A DNA stretch of 64,000 nt from NCBI GenBank assembly GCA_951406725.2, contig OX597831.1, positions 11,470,001 through 11,534,000 of the forward strand. The letters run 5' to 3'. Made by a program: the position numbers and the translations under genes. Below are positions 1 to 14,094 of the stretch, piece after piece. The notes beneath the pieces are model-generated. The model was not told the origin of the DNA and did not search any database. It worked only from the letters and a program-made list of their open reading frames with translations. Each line of letters opens with the position of its first letter. The stretch's first letter is position 1. This DNA is from Octopus vulgaris. Its lineage: Eukaryota.

Positions 1-38
1 ATACACACACAAAGGGGGATGCTGAAGTGTTGAGGAAA

Positions 39-88
<50 letters not shown>

Positions 89-498
89 TATATTATTATT
101 ATTAATTGTATATATAACTGTGTTTGTACATTTGTATGTGAACAAAAGCATTCTACGCCTCTGTGTGCATGTTTATGTGGGTGTGTGTGGAGGGGTTTGT
201 TGAATATTTGTGTGCACGTGTGTAGATTTGTTCCTGGAGAGTGCTTTAACGATTACAGATTTCCAGAAAAATTTTTATAATTACAAGAATTTTATATCCT
301 TGGGATGGGGAGGTGAAATTAAAATATATATTTATATACTTACACAACAACATTCAAACATATACATACACACACACACATGCTCCCCAAATATATATAA
401 TGTATATATATATATAATATGTATATATATATATATGCATTTATGTATGCATTCATATTGAACGAGTGATGCACCTGCAAATTTTATAATCCTCATGC

Positions 499-540
<42 letters not shown>

Positions 541-553
541 AATATGTCTGCGC

Positions 554-587
<34 letters not shown>

Positions 588-660
588 TGATGTATACATA
601 TCTATGGTACATAAAGAAGCGAAAACAAATATAGCGTGATATAGCAAATATATATATATA

Positions 661-724
<64 letters not shown>

Positions 725-858
725 GGATGTATGTGTATCCTTAACTGTCCCACACTTTCTCTCTCTATCTCTCTCTCTTTCTGCTCCCTTCTTCTTCTTC
801 TTCTTCTTCTTCTTCTACTACTACTACTACTACTACTACTATTACTAGTAGTAGTAGA

Positions 859-1050
859 TGTCCTCCCAACATCGCTTGACAACCGATGTTGGTATGTTTA
901 CGTCCCCTGGAACATAGTGGTTCGGCAAAATACCGACAGAATAAGTACTAAGCTTACAAAGAATAAGTCCTGGGTTTGATTTGCTCGACTAAAGGCAGTG
1001 CTCCAGCATGGCCGCAGATAAATGACTGAAACAAATAAAAGAGTAAAAGA
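859..1050 (+). mobile_element. SINE family A, 3' half
   Basis: Matches the 3' half of the full copies at 14401 and 18565, ending GCTCCAGCATGGCCGCAG..ATGACTGAAACAAATAAAAGAG. Confidence 0.85.
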
Positions 1051-1216
1051 GAGAGAGTAAAGTCTTTTATTTCCCTACAAGGATAGTATTTCAGTTCTGT
1101 ATTTAAGAGATGAGGAATTATGTACATTATTGACATTATTTACATTTGACATATTTTGTATCTTTTCGGAGAAGCCTTTCACATAGGGAGACATACTGTG
1201 GACAGCTTATTGGTTT

Positions 1217-1717
1217 GTGAATAAACTGTCCACAGTCTGTCTAACCTATGTGAAAGGGCTCTCCGAAAAGATACAAAAGATATGTGGTTCACATGACATC
1301 AGGACAGTATTCAAGAGTAATACAATACTTCGCAAATATCTCCGAGTAAAATCACCAATAGAAGAGAATATGACCAAAGACTGCGTGTCCTCCATCTCAT
1401 CCAGCTGTGGTAGATTTTACAAAGGCGAAACATGCCGCCCCCTCAAAATAAGGGTAGACGAACATCGCAAAGCTGTGACACGAAGAGATATTGATAAATC
1501 GGGTATAGCTGATCGTGTATGGAAAAATGGAGACCCCACTCCCCGCCTGTGGGATGAAGTTAAAATGACAGATAGAGAAAACCACTGGAAAATACGAAAA
1601 CTAAAAGAAGCAGCACATATGCTAGGATACAACAACCTCCTAAGCAGACCGAGCGCAAATATGAATAGCGTATGGGAACCGGTATTAAGGAAGGATAGGA
1701 AAATATTAGATCTATAA
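1217..1717 (+). pseudogene. Penelope-like element ORF 3' end: linker plus GIY-YIG endonuclease, 5'-truncated (no RT domain)
   Basis: Translation contains L(T/P)YVKGLSEKIQKIC..IRTVFK, a degenerate GIY-YIG motif (CVSSISSSCGRFYKGETCRPLKIRVDEH), KSGIAD, and W..RKLKEA. This is typical of the Penelope/Poseidon C-terminus. Confidence 0.9.
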
Positions 1718-1747
1718 GCCCTAAAATTCATTCCATAATTGCCCACG

Positions 1748-1815
1748 GGCATATGGCATTGTGGTTAAGAGCGCGGGCTACTAGCCCCAAGATTCCGAGT
1801 TCGATTCCAGGCAGT
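1748..1815 (+). promoter_or_regulatory. tRNA-like segment with Pol III A and B boxes inside the PLE 3' UTR (second copy 2661-2728)
   Basis: TGGCATTGTGGTTAAGAGC (A box/D-arm like), GGG-CTACTAG-CCC anticodon-like arm, GAGTTCGATTCC (B box). Confidence 0.7.
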
Positions 1816-2210
1816 CACCTGTATAATAATAACGAAAAATACCTTAGGAATGAGAACCCAGGCTGGAGGGTATATCAGCCGAAACGTTGTGCTAACAACA
1901 AACAAAATGAGGACAAATATCCGTCAAATGTAAATAATGTAAATAATGCAAGAATAGTATTTACCTCGAAGGTTATTTACTAGTATCAAAAGATCAAATT
2001 ATATATATCAAAAGACCAAATTCCTTCCATATATCTATCAAAGCCTTAACCCTTTGAGCCCTGAACCTTATTTGATCATATCCCGGTGTTACGGGATCAA
2101 AGAATTAAATTTGTTCCAAGTTATTAAATTTGGAAATTTTGTAATAATGTTCCGTTCCTTTGGGACACATGCCAGCTGTCCCTTCAGCCTGTGTTTCGCC
2201 CTTTTGTTAT

Positions 2211-2630
2211 GACAGTATTCAAGAGTAATACAATACTTCGCAAATATCTCCGAGTAAAATCACCAATAGAAGAGAATATGACCAAAGACTGCGTGTCCTC
2301 CATCTCATCCAGCTGTGGTAGATTTTACAAAGGCGAAACATGCCGCCCCCTCAAAATAAGGGTAGACGAACATCGCAAAGCTGTGACACGAAGAGATATT
2401 GATAAATCGGGTATAGCTGATCGTGTATGGAAAAATGGAGACCCCACTCCCCGCCTATGGGATGAAGTTAAAATAAAATAAAAGATAGAGAACACCACTG
2501 GAAAATACGAAAGCTAAAAGAAGCAGCATATATGCTAGGACACAACATCCTCCTAAGCAGACCGAGTGCAGATATGAATAGCATATGGGAACCGGTATTA
2601 AGGAAGGATAGGAAAATATTAGATCTATAA
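2211..2630 (+). pseudogene. Second, frameshifted copy of the PLE GIY-YIG coding region
   Basis: Near-identical to 1303-1717; the frame breaks near 2470-2481. Confidence 0.85.
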
Positions 2631-2792
2631 GCCCTAAAATTCATTCCATAATTGCTCACGGGCATATGGCCTTGTGGTTAAGAGCGCGGGCTACTAGCCC
2701 CAAGATTCCGAGTTCGATTCCAGGCAGTCACCTGAATAATAATAACATCGAAAATACCTTAGGAATGAGAACCCAGGTCGAAATTTCCCCAA

Positions 2793-2839
2793 GACACCTG
2801 ATGAAGGCTGGAGGGTATATAAAGCCGAAACCTTGTGCT
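2793..2839 (+). ncRNA. Minimal type I hammerhead ribozyme motif (C3-G8) in the PLE pLTR
   Basis: CAC-CTGATGA-A-GGCT..AGCC-GAAA-CC-TT-GTG. The paralogous copy at 1861-1891 has GGCTG/CAGCC-GAAA-CG-TT-GTG but lacks CTGATGA. Confidence 0.75.
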
Positions 2840-3165
2840 AACAACAAACAAAATGAGGACAAATATCCGTCAAATGTAAATAATGTAAATAATGCAAGAA
2901 TAGTATTTACCTCGAAGGTTATTTACTAGTATCAAAAGATCAAATTATATATATCAAAAGACCAATTCCCTTCCATATATCTATCAAAGCCTTAACCCTT
3001 TGAGCCCTGAACCTTATTTGATCATATCCCGGTGTTACGGGATCAAAGAGTTAAATTTGTTCCAAGTTATTAAATTTGGAAATTTTGTAATAATGTTCCG
3101 TTCCTTTGGGACACATGCCAGCTGTCCCTTCAGCCTGTGTTTCGCCCTTTTGTTACTCTTCTTAA

Positions 3166-3204
3166 TTCTATCTGATGAAGGACCACTGTCCAAAACGTAA
3201 AGAA
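3166..3204 (+). ncRNA. Degenerate minimal hammerhead motif (C3-G8, G12A), probably from a second PLE-type 3' end
   Basis: TTCTaT-CTGATGA-A-GGAC-cact-GTCC-AAAA-CG-TA-AAGAA. Confidence 0.65.
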
Positions 3205-3512
3205 GCATGACTTTTATTTCTCAAGCTTTAAACACATATTGCGTTTGACAAAGAAGATCTGTGTGTCTATGTGTGTGCGTGTACGTATGTATATACAATG
3301 CATATATGTGAGCGTATGTAAGAATACACGTATTTGTATATGTACATACACACATAAACACACATACACACACATATGTAGATAAATATAGAAACGCATA
3401 CATGCATAAAAACATACATACATGCACACACACACACACACACACACAACTATATCAATGTTTTTTGCACATCGATTAGATATCATTATTTTAAACGCAA
3501 CTAATTGCTAGC

Positions 3513-3571
3513 TTGTTGTTGTTGTTGTTGTTGTTGTTCTTCTTCTTCTTCTTCTTCTTCTTCTTCTTCTT

Positions 3572-3610
<39 letters not shown>

Positions 3611-3873
3611 TTTCTTCTCCAACATCATCGCCATCGTCAACACTACCGCCAATACCATCGCTGCCCTCACCGCCACCACCACCACCATCACCACTAAAAC
3701 CGCCGTCACCACTTCCACCACCACCACCACCACCATCATCACCATCATCATCATCTGTTGTAGTAGCAGCAGCAGTAGTAGTAGCAGTAGCAGCAGTAGT
3801 AGTAGTAGTAGTAGTAGTAGTATTTGAGTATTAGTAGTAGCAGTAGTAGTAGCATTAGTAGTGGTAGTAGCAT

Positions 3874-3939
<66 letters not shown>

Positions 3940-3965
3940 CAGCAGTAGCAGCGGTAGTAGTAGTA
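3513..3965. repeat. Compound trinucleotide microsatellite (GTT, CTT, CTA, CAC/CAT, TAG)
   Basis: Directly visible. Confidence 0.95.
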
Positions 3966-4246
3966 AAAAAAATGAACATCATTATTGTTAGTGCTGTTAT
4001 CGTAGTCACTCTTGCTCGATGTGAAAGCTGTAAAAAGAAAATTATTACCAAAATATATTAAGAACAATATTTACACGTCACCGTTGTTGTTGTTGTTGCT
4101 ATTCTTGTCGTTGCTATGATTGTTCGCAATCCGTATTTTATATCGCTTTCTTATTTTCTCTGATGCGTTCACCTATCTTTTATGCGTTGGCTGTTTTTTT
4201 GTTTCCCGCTTTCAAATTTGTTTTTCTTTTGTACCTGTACACACAT

Positions 4247-4285
<39 letters not shown>

Positions 4286-4332
4286 TGCATATATACACAC
4301 ATATATACATATGCACATATATATATACATAA

Positions 4333-4369
<37 letters not shown>

Positions 4370-4463
4370 CATATTTACATAAATATATACCATATATCAC
4401 ACACACACATACATATATACACATATATATACATATACACATACATATATACATAAATATATA

Positions 4464-4528
<65 letters not shown>

Positions 4529-5030
4529 CATATGTGTATATATGTATATATATGTATGTATACATGCGGTGTGTTTTTCTATTTTTCCAATTTGGATTAA
4601 TTTCTCATCTGTTATTCTTACTTTGTTGTTGATGTTGTTGCTGTAGCTATTATCATCATCATCATCATCATCATCATTATTGTTATTATTATTATTACTA
4701 TTATTATTATTACATTGAATACAAGAGCGAAAAAATTATTGAAAAAAAAAAATTTATAAAAAATTTAGAGACCCACACCACTACCACCACCACCACCAAC
4801 ACCTACAAAACCCCACCCCACCAAAAAAAAAAAGAAACAAACAAACAAATGTTCAACGAAAGAAAAGCGATATAGAAACTGGTATTAATTCTTAAAGTTC
4901 TATGAAGACAGATTAAAATTTGGCACCCTCCTCTAAGGCAGTTTTCGGTGTGATTTTCTTTCGCGATAAGGTCAGGGCGGAGGGCGGGGCCATATGTGCT
5001 ATGTGAATATATCTAATGTATGTTTATATA

Positions 5031-5061
<31 letters not shown>

Positions 5062-5129
5062 GTGTTTTTTTAGTTCATTGGCAGTATTTGTGTATATGTG
5101 TGTGAGTGTGCTTGTGTGTGCGTATATAT

Positions 5130-5187
<58 letters not shown>

Positions 5188-5314
5188 AACACGCATAGGA
5201 ACACACACATTCGCACATATGTTTATATAGATATGCACTTATCTGAGTGTGTGCGAGAGTGTAAAATATGTTTATACATACAAACACACACACGCACACA
5301 CATACACCCAAATA

Positions 5315-5352
<38 letters not shown>

Positions 5353-5504
5353 CATTTATACGTACGTATATACATACAAATGTGTGTATGCATATATGTA
5401 TTCTGTATATACATTCATACATACACACACACATATATATATATATATACATACATATATATGTATCTATATATTATGTATGTATCTATACACACACGCA
5501 CATA

Positions 5505-5554
<50 letters not shown>

Positions 5555-6146
5555 AGCATATAAACATATTTATATGCTTACGTGCAAATGTATATGTGTA
5601 CGTATTAGCGTATGTGTTGTAAAAGTCTGCGTGTATGTATGTATGTATCTACATATGCATGTATAAATCATGTACGTACTATGTATGTATGTATGTATGT
5701 ACGTACGTATGTCTCTTATATATATATATGTATGTATATACGTATGTAGATAACCGTCTCCCCGTCTCCGATATATTCTGCACTTAGCGATATTCTTGTA
5801 ATAATGCTTATTTCTTGCAATTTCTCTCTGCTTCTTTCAGTTTTCATATTTCAGATTTTCATCTCTGTCTGAATATAATTTCTACCTCTCTACATCTACC
5901 TCATACTCTCTCTCTCTCTCTCTCTCTCTCTTTCCATCTATCTCCCCTTTTCTCCCTCTCTCTTTCTCTCCTTGTTTCTTTCTCTTTAATCATGTACCTA
6001 ATAACAGCTACGTGTTCCAAGAAACCCTTCTATCTGAATCTGTTGTCAACTACAATCCCTCCTACGTTCACTTGCACAACCTCTCGCAAAAGGTTATCCT
6101 CATTCATACAACGAAACTGTTATCTATCCGTCCAACTATCCATCCT

Positions 6147-6189
<43 letters not shown>

Positions 6190-6210
6190 GTGTGTCGACA
6201 TGCATTTCTT

Positions 6211-6257
<47 letters not shown>

Positions 6258-6296
6258 ATACATACATACATACATACATACATAAATATATATATA

Positions 6297-6779
<483 letters not shown>

Positions 6780-7612
6780 TATTATGTATGTATATATATA
6801 TGCATACGCTGGACTCAGACAGTCAATGGCTTAACTGACAATAATATTTATGTAAATATATAAAAACCTTAATTGCCTTTGTAGAGCGTCCGACAAAATG
6901 TTACAGGAATTCATTTCAGTAGATTCTCTTTATGTTTTCCTGTCAATTTCTCAAAAGATGCTTTTGTCATCTGAAGCTATGAGACAATAAAAGCAATCCA
7001 ATGTGCTGATCCTAGGATTGAACCTGGTACAGTGTGATTTAAAAGCAATCGTCTTAACTACATAGTTACTTACCCGCTCATTCACGACGTTAAATAGACG
7101 TCATTTCCCCCACGGTGTTAACCAACAAAGGGATCCACTGTACAATCGTCTGACCTTCTAGAAATCTCGGCTAAACCTCCCTCAAATTGTTCCCAACTGT
7201 CTCCAAAAGGAAGGACGCAATGGGCAATGATATTTTGGAGATAATTTCGAGATGGTTGTGTTGTTAAGAATCTTTTTTTTGCAACCATATGGTTTCGGGT
7301 TCAGTCCCGCAACACGGCACATTGGTTTAATGTCTTCTGTTATAGTCCTAGGCCGACCGATTCTTTGTGAAATTATTTGGTTGACTGAAATTTATGGAAG
7401 TTCGTCGTATATACATGTATATGTATAAATGTATATATATATATATATACTTGTGTATATATGTGTGTGCATGTGTGTGTGTATATGAGTGTGTGTGTGC
7501 GTATATGTGTGTGTGTGTGTATTTGTTTTGCCCCACACACGACAACCAGTGCTGATTTGTTTGCTCTCTCTTATCTTAGTGGTTCGATAAAAAAAACCGA
7601 TAAAGTCAATAG

Positions 7613-7791
7613 AGGCGCAGGCGTGACCGTGTGGTAAGTAAATTGCTTACCAACCACATGTTTTCGGGTTCAGTCCCACTGCGTGGTACCTTGTGCAAGT
7701 GTCTTTTACTATAGCCTCAGGCCTACCAAAGCATTGTGAGTGAATTTGGTAAACGGAAACTGAACGAAGCTCGTCGTACATATATATACAT

Positions 7792-7837
<46 letters not shown>

Positions 7838-8110
7838 GTGAATATAATATATATATATATATGTATGTATGTATGTATGTATATATATATGTGTGTGTGT
7901 ATGCTTGTGTGTCTGTGTTTGTCCCCCACCATCGCTTGACAACCGATGGTGGTGTGTTTACGTCCCCGTAACTTAACGGTTCGGCAAAGAGACCAATAGA
8001 TTAAGTACTAGGTTTACAAAGAATAAGTCCTGGGGTCGATTTGTTCGACTAAAAGCAGTGCTCCAGCATGGCCGCAGTCAAATAACTGAAACAAATAAAA
8101 TAATAAAAGA
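7613..8110 (+). mobile_element. SINE family A, full length (degenerate neighbours at about 7250-7610 and 8130-8225)
   Basis: Same head, body, internal microsatellite and tail as the other copies. Confidence 0.9.
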
Positions 8111-8340
8111 ACATTTTTTTAAAATAATCAACGGGGTTGATTTGTTCGACTAAATCCCTTCAAATTGTTACTCCCAGCATGGCTGCAGTTAATCTTTTAT
8201 CATTGACTGATAAAAGATTAAAGATTAAATATAGATGATGAATTATAATTTATTCAGGAGATAAGATAGAGTCCATGATAGTTTGGAAAGCCTCTGGGAC
8301 AAGTGCGGGTTGGAGAGGAGGGAGATAAGAGGGAAGAAGG

Positions 8341-8471
8341 AAAGAAGGAAGGAAGACAGGAAAGAAGGAAGGAAGACAGGAAAGAAGGAAGGAAGACAGG
8401 AAAGAAGGAAGGAAGACAGGAAAGAAGGAAGGAAGACAGGAAAGAAGGAAGGAAGACAGGAAAGAAGGAAG
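8341..8471 (+). repeat. 20-bp minisatellite (AAAGAAGGAAGGAAGACAGG) x6.5
   Basis: Perfect tandem units, directly visible. Confidence 0.95.
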
Positions 8472-9204
8472 AAAAGAAGGTGAGTGGGTAGGTGGGAGTG
8501 AGCTATCCTCAAACCAGTGGTCTACCCTAAACGTTTGCCTGAGATTCAACTTAGCTAATGTTACCCAACGTACCAGGTGGTGGTGTTAAACTTGATCGAT
8601 GGATTAAGATTATAATCCCACTCAGAGGATAAAGATCCGAAACAAATACCGCAAGGTACCTTTGTCGTCTGACCTTACTGTTCCACCAATTCACCACTAT
8701 AGATTGGTAGTTTGTTTATCGACTAACAGAAAGAATGAAAGGTAGAGTTGACCTCGGCGAGATTCGATCTCAGAATGCAGAGTTTCGGAATAACCATGCT
8801 GCGAAACATTCTGTTGGACGCTCTTGTGATTCTGCAAATTGCCACCTCGTAAACTATATGGTCATATCTGGCATGTCTTTGATCGTGGTTCTGCTGGATC
8901 TGGGATAATTCATCTAGAGATCCAGGGGAGTAAACATCAATCAAGAAACCGCTGTGGTTACACGAGGTGGTCATAACTGGCATGTCTTTGATCATAATTT
9001 TGCTGAATCAGCAATGGTCATTTAGATGACCGAGGGCGGAAAAACAACAAGGAAGACTCGATGTTGTCGTACAAGAAGACCATAACTGACAAACTTTTAA
9101 TTAAAATTTTGCTGGATTAGGATAGGTTTTGTGGAGTCCTTAAGTGACATGCCTTTGATTATAACACTAGCGGATCTGGAACTCCTGGGCTTGAACAGCA
9201 ATGA

Positions 9205-9450
9205 GGGTGAGGGTAACTCTATGTGGTCGCATTGCCTGTTAGATATAGCAGCTAAATAATCCTCAAACCACTCTCCATTTACTTAGAAAGGAATATATTA
9301 ATACGTTGGCTAATATGGCTCTAGGGTGCCTGCATGTAGGATAAAGACGAGATGGTCATGCTTGGAATTGCTTTGGCCATTAGCCTGCACCCCACCTCAT
9401 TCCTCGCCAGGGGCCTTATTTAAAACATAACAGCAATAGCATCGCCAACA
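9205..9450 (+). mobile_element. Old dispersed repeat, family E (AGAAATAGCAGC.AAATC motif); related pieces near 7095-7265, 41010-41230, 56480-56600, 60340-60415 and 54560-54760 (-)
   Basis: Recurrent degenerate motif CCTG.TAGAAATAGCA.C.AAATC...CTCAAA..AC followed by GG..AATGTAGTCCTAGA-like sequence. Confidence 0.55.
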
Positions 9451-10201
9451 AAGAAGGAACGAAGGACCAGACTCTCCACTTGTGACCACTTCTTTGAAAA
9501 GAACACCGTGGGTAATATATGGGTGTTCCGCATGTAGGAAAAAATGAAGTGGTGGTCACGGTTGGGTTGGTTTCGATTATGGGTCTGCTCCCTCAGGGGC
9601 TGACCTAGGGCTAAACAGCAATAGCATTACCAACATCAACAACAACAACAGCCATGTAAATTTCTAAATATACAGGAACTGACATGGCCGTTACATAGGT
9701 TGTATGTAAAACAAGAGATAGTAATAAGGGGGAGTGGTGGCAAAAAAATAAACGGCCGAGTAGTGTGTGTGTGTTGTAACCACCCACTGATAACCGAGAA
9801 AGTATTTATCAGGAGTTGTGCAGGAGTAGTTTAAATGTCAAGCGAGGAGAATAAATAACTGTAGTTCACCTCCATCTCATCACTTTCCGTAAGGTCGAAT
9901 ATATCAACATATGTTGTAAGAAGGATGCACGGGTGGGGGGGGAGCACTATCAGAGAGAGAGAGAGAGAGAGAAAAAAAGAGAGAGAGAGGGGAGAGATAG
10001 AGAGAGAGGGGAGAGATAGAGAGAGTGGGGAGAGATAGAGAGGGAGAAATAGAGAGGGATAGAGGAGAGAGATATGAGAGATGAGAGAGAGAGAGAGGGG
10101 GACAGAAGAGTGAAGCAGGAGAGATAAAGAGAAAGAGAGAAAGAGAAGAGAGAGGAGATAAAGTGAGAGAGAGAAACGAGAAACAGAGGAGAGAGAGATG
10201 G

Positions 10202-10286
<85 letters not shown>

Positions 10287-10619
10287 TGTGGGAGAGAGTC
10301 GGAAAGACGGAAAGAAGGAAAGGTTGAGGATAGAGAGAGAGAAGATGAAGAAAGATGGGGTAAGCGGGGAGAGACGTTGAAAGAAGCTAATGGTAAAGGC
10401 AGGAAGAAAGGAAGAGAAACAGAGAGAGAGAAAGAGAGAGAGAGATAAGAGTTGTGAGTCGAGAGTTGTGAGTCGGTGAGAGGCACAGAGAGTATAAGAC
10501 TCACAAAGAAGGAATCAAGGACGGGAGTGTTGGTGGGAGGGGGTAAACGCGAAAGTGAAGGTAGGAGAGTGTGAAAGCGGCAAAGGAGAAAGATGAACAG
10601 AGATGACAGGCACGTGATT

Positions 10620-10666
<47 letters not shown>

Positions 10667-10772
10667 ACGAAAGAAAGAAAGAAATATCGAAAAAGAAGAC
10701 CAGGAGAAAAGAAGAGAGAGAGAGGGGGAGAGAGGGCAGATAGTTTGTTTTTATATTTGGCGATGTTTTACG

Positions 10773-11005
10773 GAGGGCAGTGAACTGGCCGAATCGTTAG
10801 GACACCGGGAAATGCTTCGCGGTATTTCGCCTGCCGTTACGTTGTGAGTTCAAATTCCGCCGAGGTCGACTTTGCCTTTCATCCTTTCGGGGTCGATAAA
10901 TTAAGTACCAGTAACGCACTGGGGTCGATATAATCGACTTAATACCTATGTCTGTCCTTGTTTGTCCCCTCTATGTTTAGCCCCTTGTGGGTAATAAAGA
11001 AATAG
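10773..11005 (+). mobile_element. SINE family B (tRNA-derived)
   Basis: B box GAGTTCAAATTCC, body GCCTTTCATCCTTTCGGGGTCGATAAA, tail GCCCCTTGTGGGTAATAAAGAAATAGG. Matches 42107 and 51087. Confidence 0.9.
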
Positions 11006-11945
11006 GTATTTTCAAAAATCTGCCGAGGTCGACTTTTCCTTTCATTCTTTCTGGAGATCGATCAAATTAGTGCCAGCTGAGTATTGGTGGTAAGAATCGA
11101 TGAAATTGACTAACTCTCCTCTCCAAACTTTCCTCCCCAAACTATATATTGTGTTGAAGTCATAACCGTTTATAACCTTCGAGACAACGTGGAGCAATTC
11201 TTATTTACCTCTTTACCGTTGAGGTGGATCAGTTGATCTCAAAGTAGAAAAACTATAAATAGCAGCGTATAAGTATTGGGTTAAAAACCCTTCAGATACC
11301 AGAGTCGAATACTTTCTAGTGAGCTGATTTAATCATACAGCTTTCCTATTTCTCGTTTTGCCAAAATGTTTCCTTGTTCTGAAATGAGAATAATGTAATT
11401 AATATGTTCGTAGATACTTCGTTCTGACGAGATTAAATTAAATCGAAATAGCAACTGTATACGAATTGACGGGCTTGTATAGTTGAAACGAAAAGGGAAA
11501 ATATTAAACGGAAAGAAAATTGAATGAAATAAATATATGCGCGGATAATATGATATTGTAAGTTTTATTCCATTAAATTTAAATTTACTTCATTTACGAA
11601 ATATACAGTAAGGTAAGTGATGAAATCAACTCCTGGCGAGGCGATACGTTCCCTGACAATGGAGGGAACACCCAAAGAAATCTCTCTCTCAACTCTTCTT
11701 TCTCTCTCTCCCTCTCTATCTGTCTCTCTCTCTCTCTCATACATTCATACATACATACATACCGGCCGACACTGTAACGATAATCTGCAAACGTGACTCA
11801 GGAGAGAAGGCCACGAATGACCCGCCCTTGTTTTTTTTCTGTCCGTCCTTTTGTTGTTTTTCCTGTCCATCTTTTTACCGGTTATCCGTCCGGATGCTTC
11901 ATTATCGTCTATTGCGTTCCATTATGGGGATATGTATATACATAC

Positions 11946-11992
<47 letters not shown>

Positions 11993-12583
11993 TTCGGTAT
12001 GATATGCGGTTTGTGCCTGAGGAATATGTTAGAAATATTTTCTCAACATATGAAACTATTAGTGGCATTTAAAGGTATGTATTGCGTCCTTTAAATAATT
12101 ATACACACACTCACAGAACGAAACTGAAAAATTCAAATCTTTTCGTATTATTTATTCACCGTTACACAACTGGGATTTACCCTAACAAGCTATATTATAC
12201 ATACATACATACATACATACATACATACATACATCCGATATGATATTCGATATAATAAGTATTTGACAGCATGTTGCGGCTGACAGAGTCAAAGCTAAAC
12301 GCCTCAAATAAATTCTGTGATTGAAACCAAGACTATCGGATTGCTGATTTCGAATAAGGGTTAATGAATAACAAATAATCGTTTGTTCACCAAACTGAAT
12401 TAGATATATATATGTTAGATCGTTGCTTGTCATTTCTGTTTAATTCATTATTTTAACGAAATGTCATTTGTGTCTGCAGCAAAATTGAGTTTAAAATTCA
12501 ATTTTATATATTTATACAGCGTAAACACCCCCCTCCAACACAAACAGACGCACATGCATACATGTAGGTATTCTCATAAAAAG

Positions 12584-12617
<34 letters not shown>

Positions 12618-12700
12618 GAATGTATTTATATGTATATATATATATATATATGTATTTATATATATATATATGTATTTATATATATATATATATGTGTGTG

Positions 12701-12743
<43 letters not shown>

Positions 12744-12746
12744 TCA

Positions 12747-12789
<43 letters not shown>

Positions 12790-13017
12790 GTGTATATATG
12801 CATGTATATATATTTATGTATATGTGTATTTATATATATGTACATACGCAACCAAAGATATACTTGACTTTCTCCCGCTCTGTATACACAAACACACATA
12901 GATGGATAGATAGATAGATAAATAGATTGATTGATAGATAGATAAAGATTTACATATATACATATATATGTGTATTTGTATATATATTTATATATGTACG
13001 TATATATATATATATAC

Positions 13018-13048
<31 letters not shown>

Positions 13049-13410
13049 AATACATATATAAATATACACACTTATATACGTATGAATTTATGTATACACA
13101 TGTACACACCTGAACATAGGGAGATATATGCTTACCTAGCTCTTCATATAATGAAAGATTTATCAATTAATGCATAAGACACGTTAGTAAGTTAAAAATC
13201 ATTTAAATGCCGATCTCTTAAAGTACTTATGAAAATAATGGAAACCTATTTATCGTTCAGCTTAAACTATATTATGAAGATTTAAAAAAAAATGTGCAAG
13301 AGTTTCTGAATGCGTTTGAAAAGAAATGGTTTGTTGTAATCTAACTACGGAGTAATAAGATATATAATTGAGTGCATTACATTCTTGCATAGCAGTTGAA
13401 CGAGTGTTTC

Positions 13411-13496
<86 letters not shown>

Positions 13497-13601
13497 TAGA
13501 TAGATAGATAGATAGAGATGATAGATAGATAGATGATAGATGATTTTTAGATAGATGATAGATGATAGATAGATAGATATATATATATAGATAGATTGAT
13601 G

Positions 13602-13692
<91 letters not shown>

Positions 13693-13760
13693 TAGATAGA
13701 TAAATAGATTAGATAGATAGACAGACAGACAGGTGCATAGTTGGATAGATATATAGATAG

Positions 13761-13795
<35 letters not shown>

Positions 13796-14004
13796 TAGAT
13801 AGATAGAACGATAGATAGATCGATAATATAGACAGATAGATAGCTAGATAGAAAGATAGATTGATAGATAGTCAGATGGGTAGAGGAAAAGAGAGAGAAG
13901 GGGTATCCACCTTCCTATTCACCTTTCATGCAGTTATTTATTTTTTCCTTTACCATTGTATTGGAACGGGTTTAAGGAAGGTGACCACTTATAGTAAGTA
14001 TGTA

Positions 14005-14083
<79 letters not shown>

Positions 14084-14094
14084 TTTGTGCTCTT

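Larger units (their letters stand above)
1092..3155 (+). mobile_element. Penelope-like retroelement insertion: inverted pLTR end, fold-back junction and two tandem 3' copies
   Basis: 1303-2209 is directly repeated at 2211-3155. 1123-1150 is the reverse complement of the pLTR end near 1923-1950. 1149-1211 and 1220-1285 form an inverted repeat. Confidence 0.85.

Noticed and set aside
1748-1815. Bona fide tRNA gene
   Set aside because: The acceptor stem does not close properly and the segment is embedded in a repeat; it and the other SINE heads are tRNA-derived only.
8341-8471. Regular repeat as a CRISPR array
   Set aside because: No spacers; a simple eukaryotic minisatellite.
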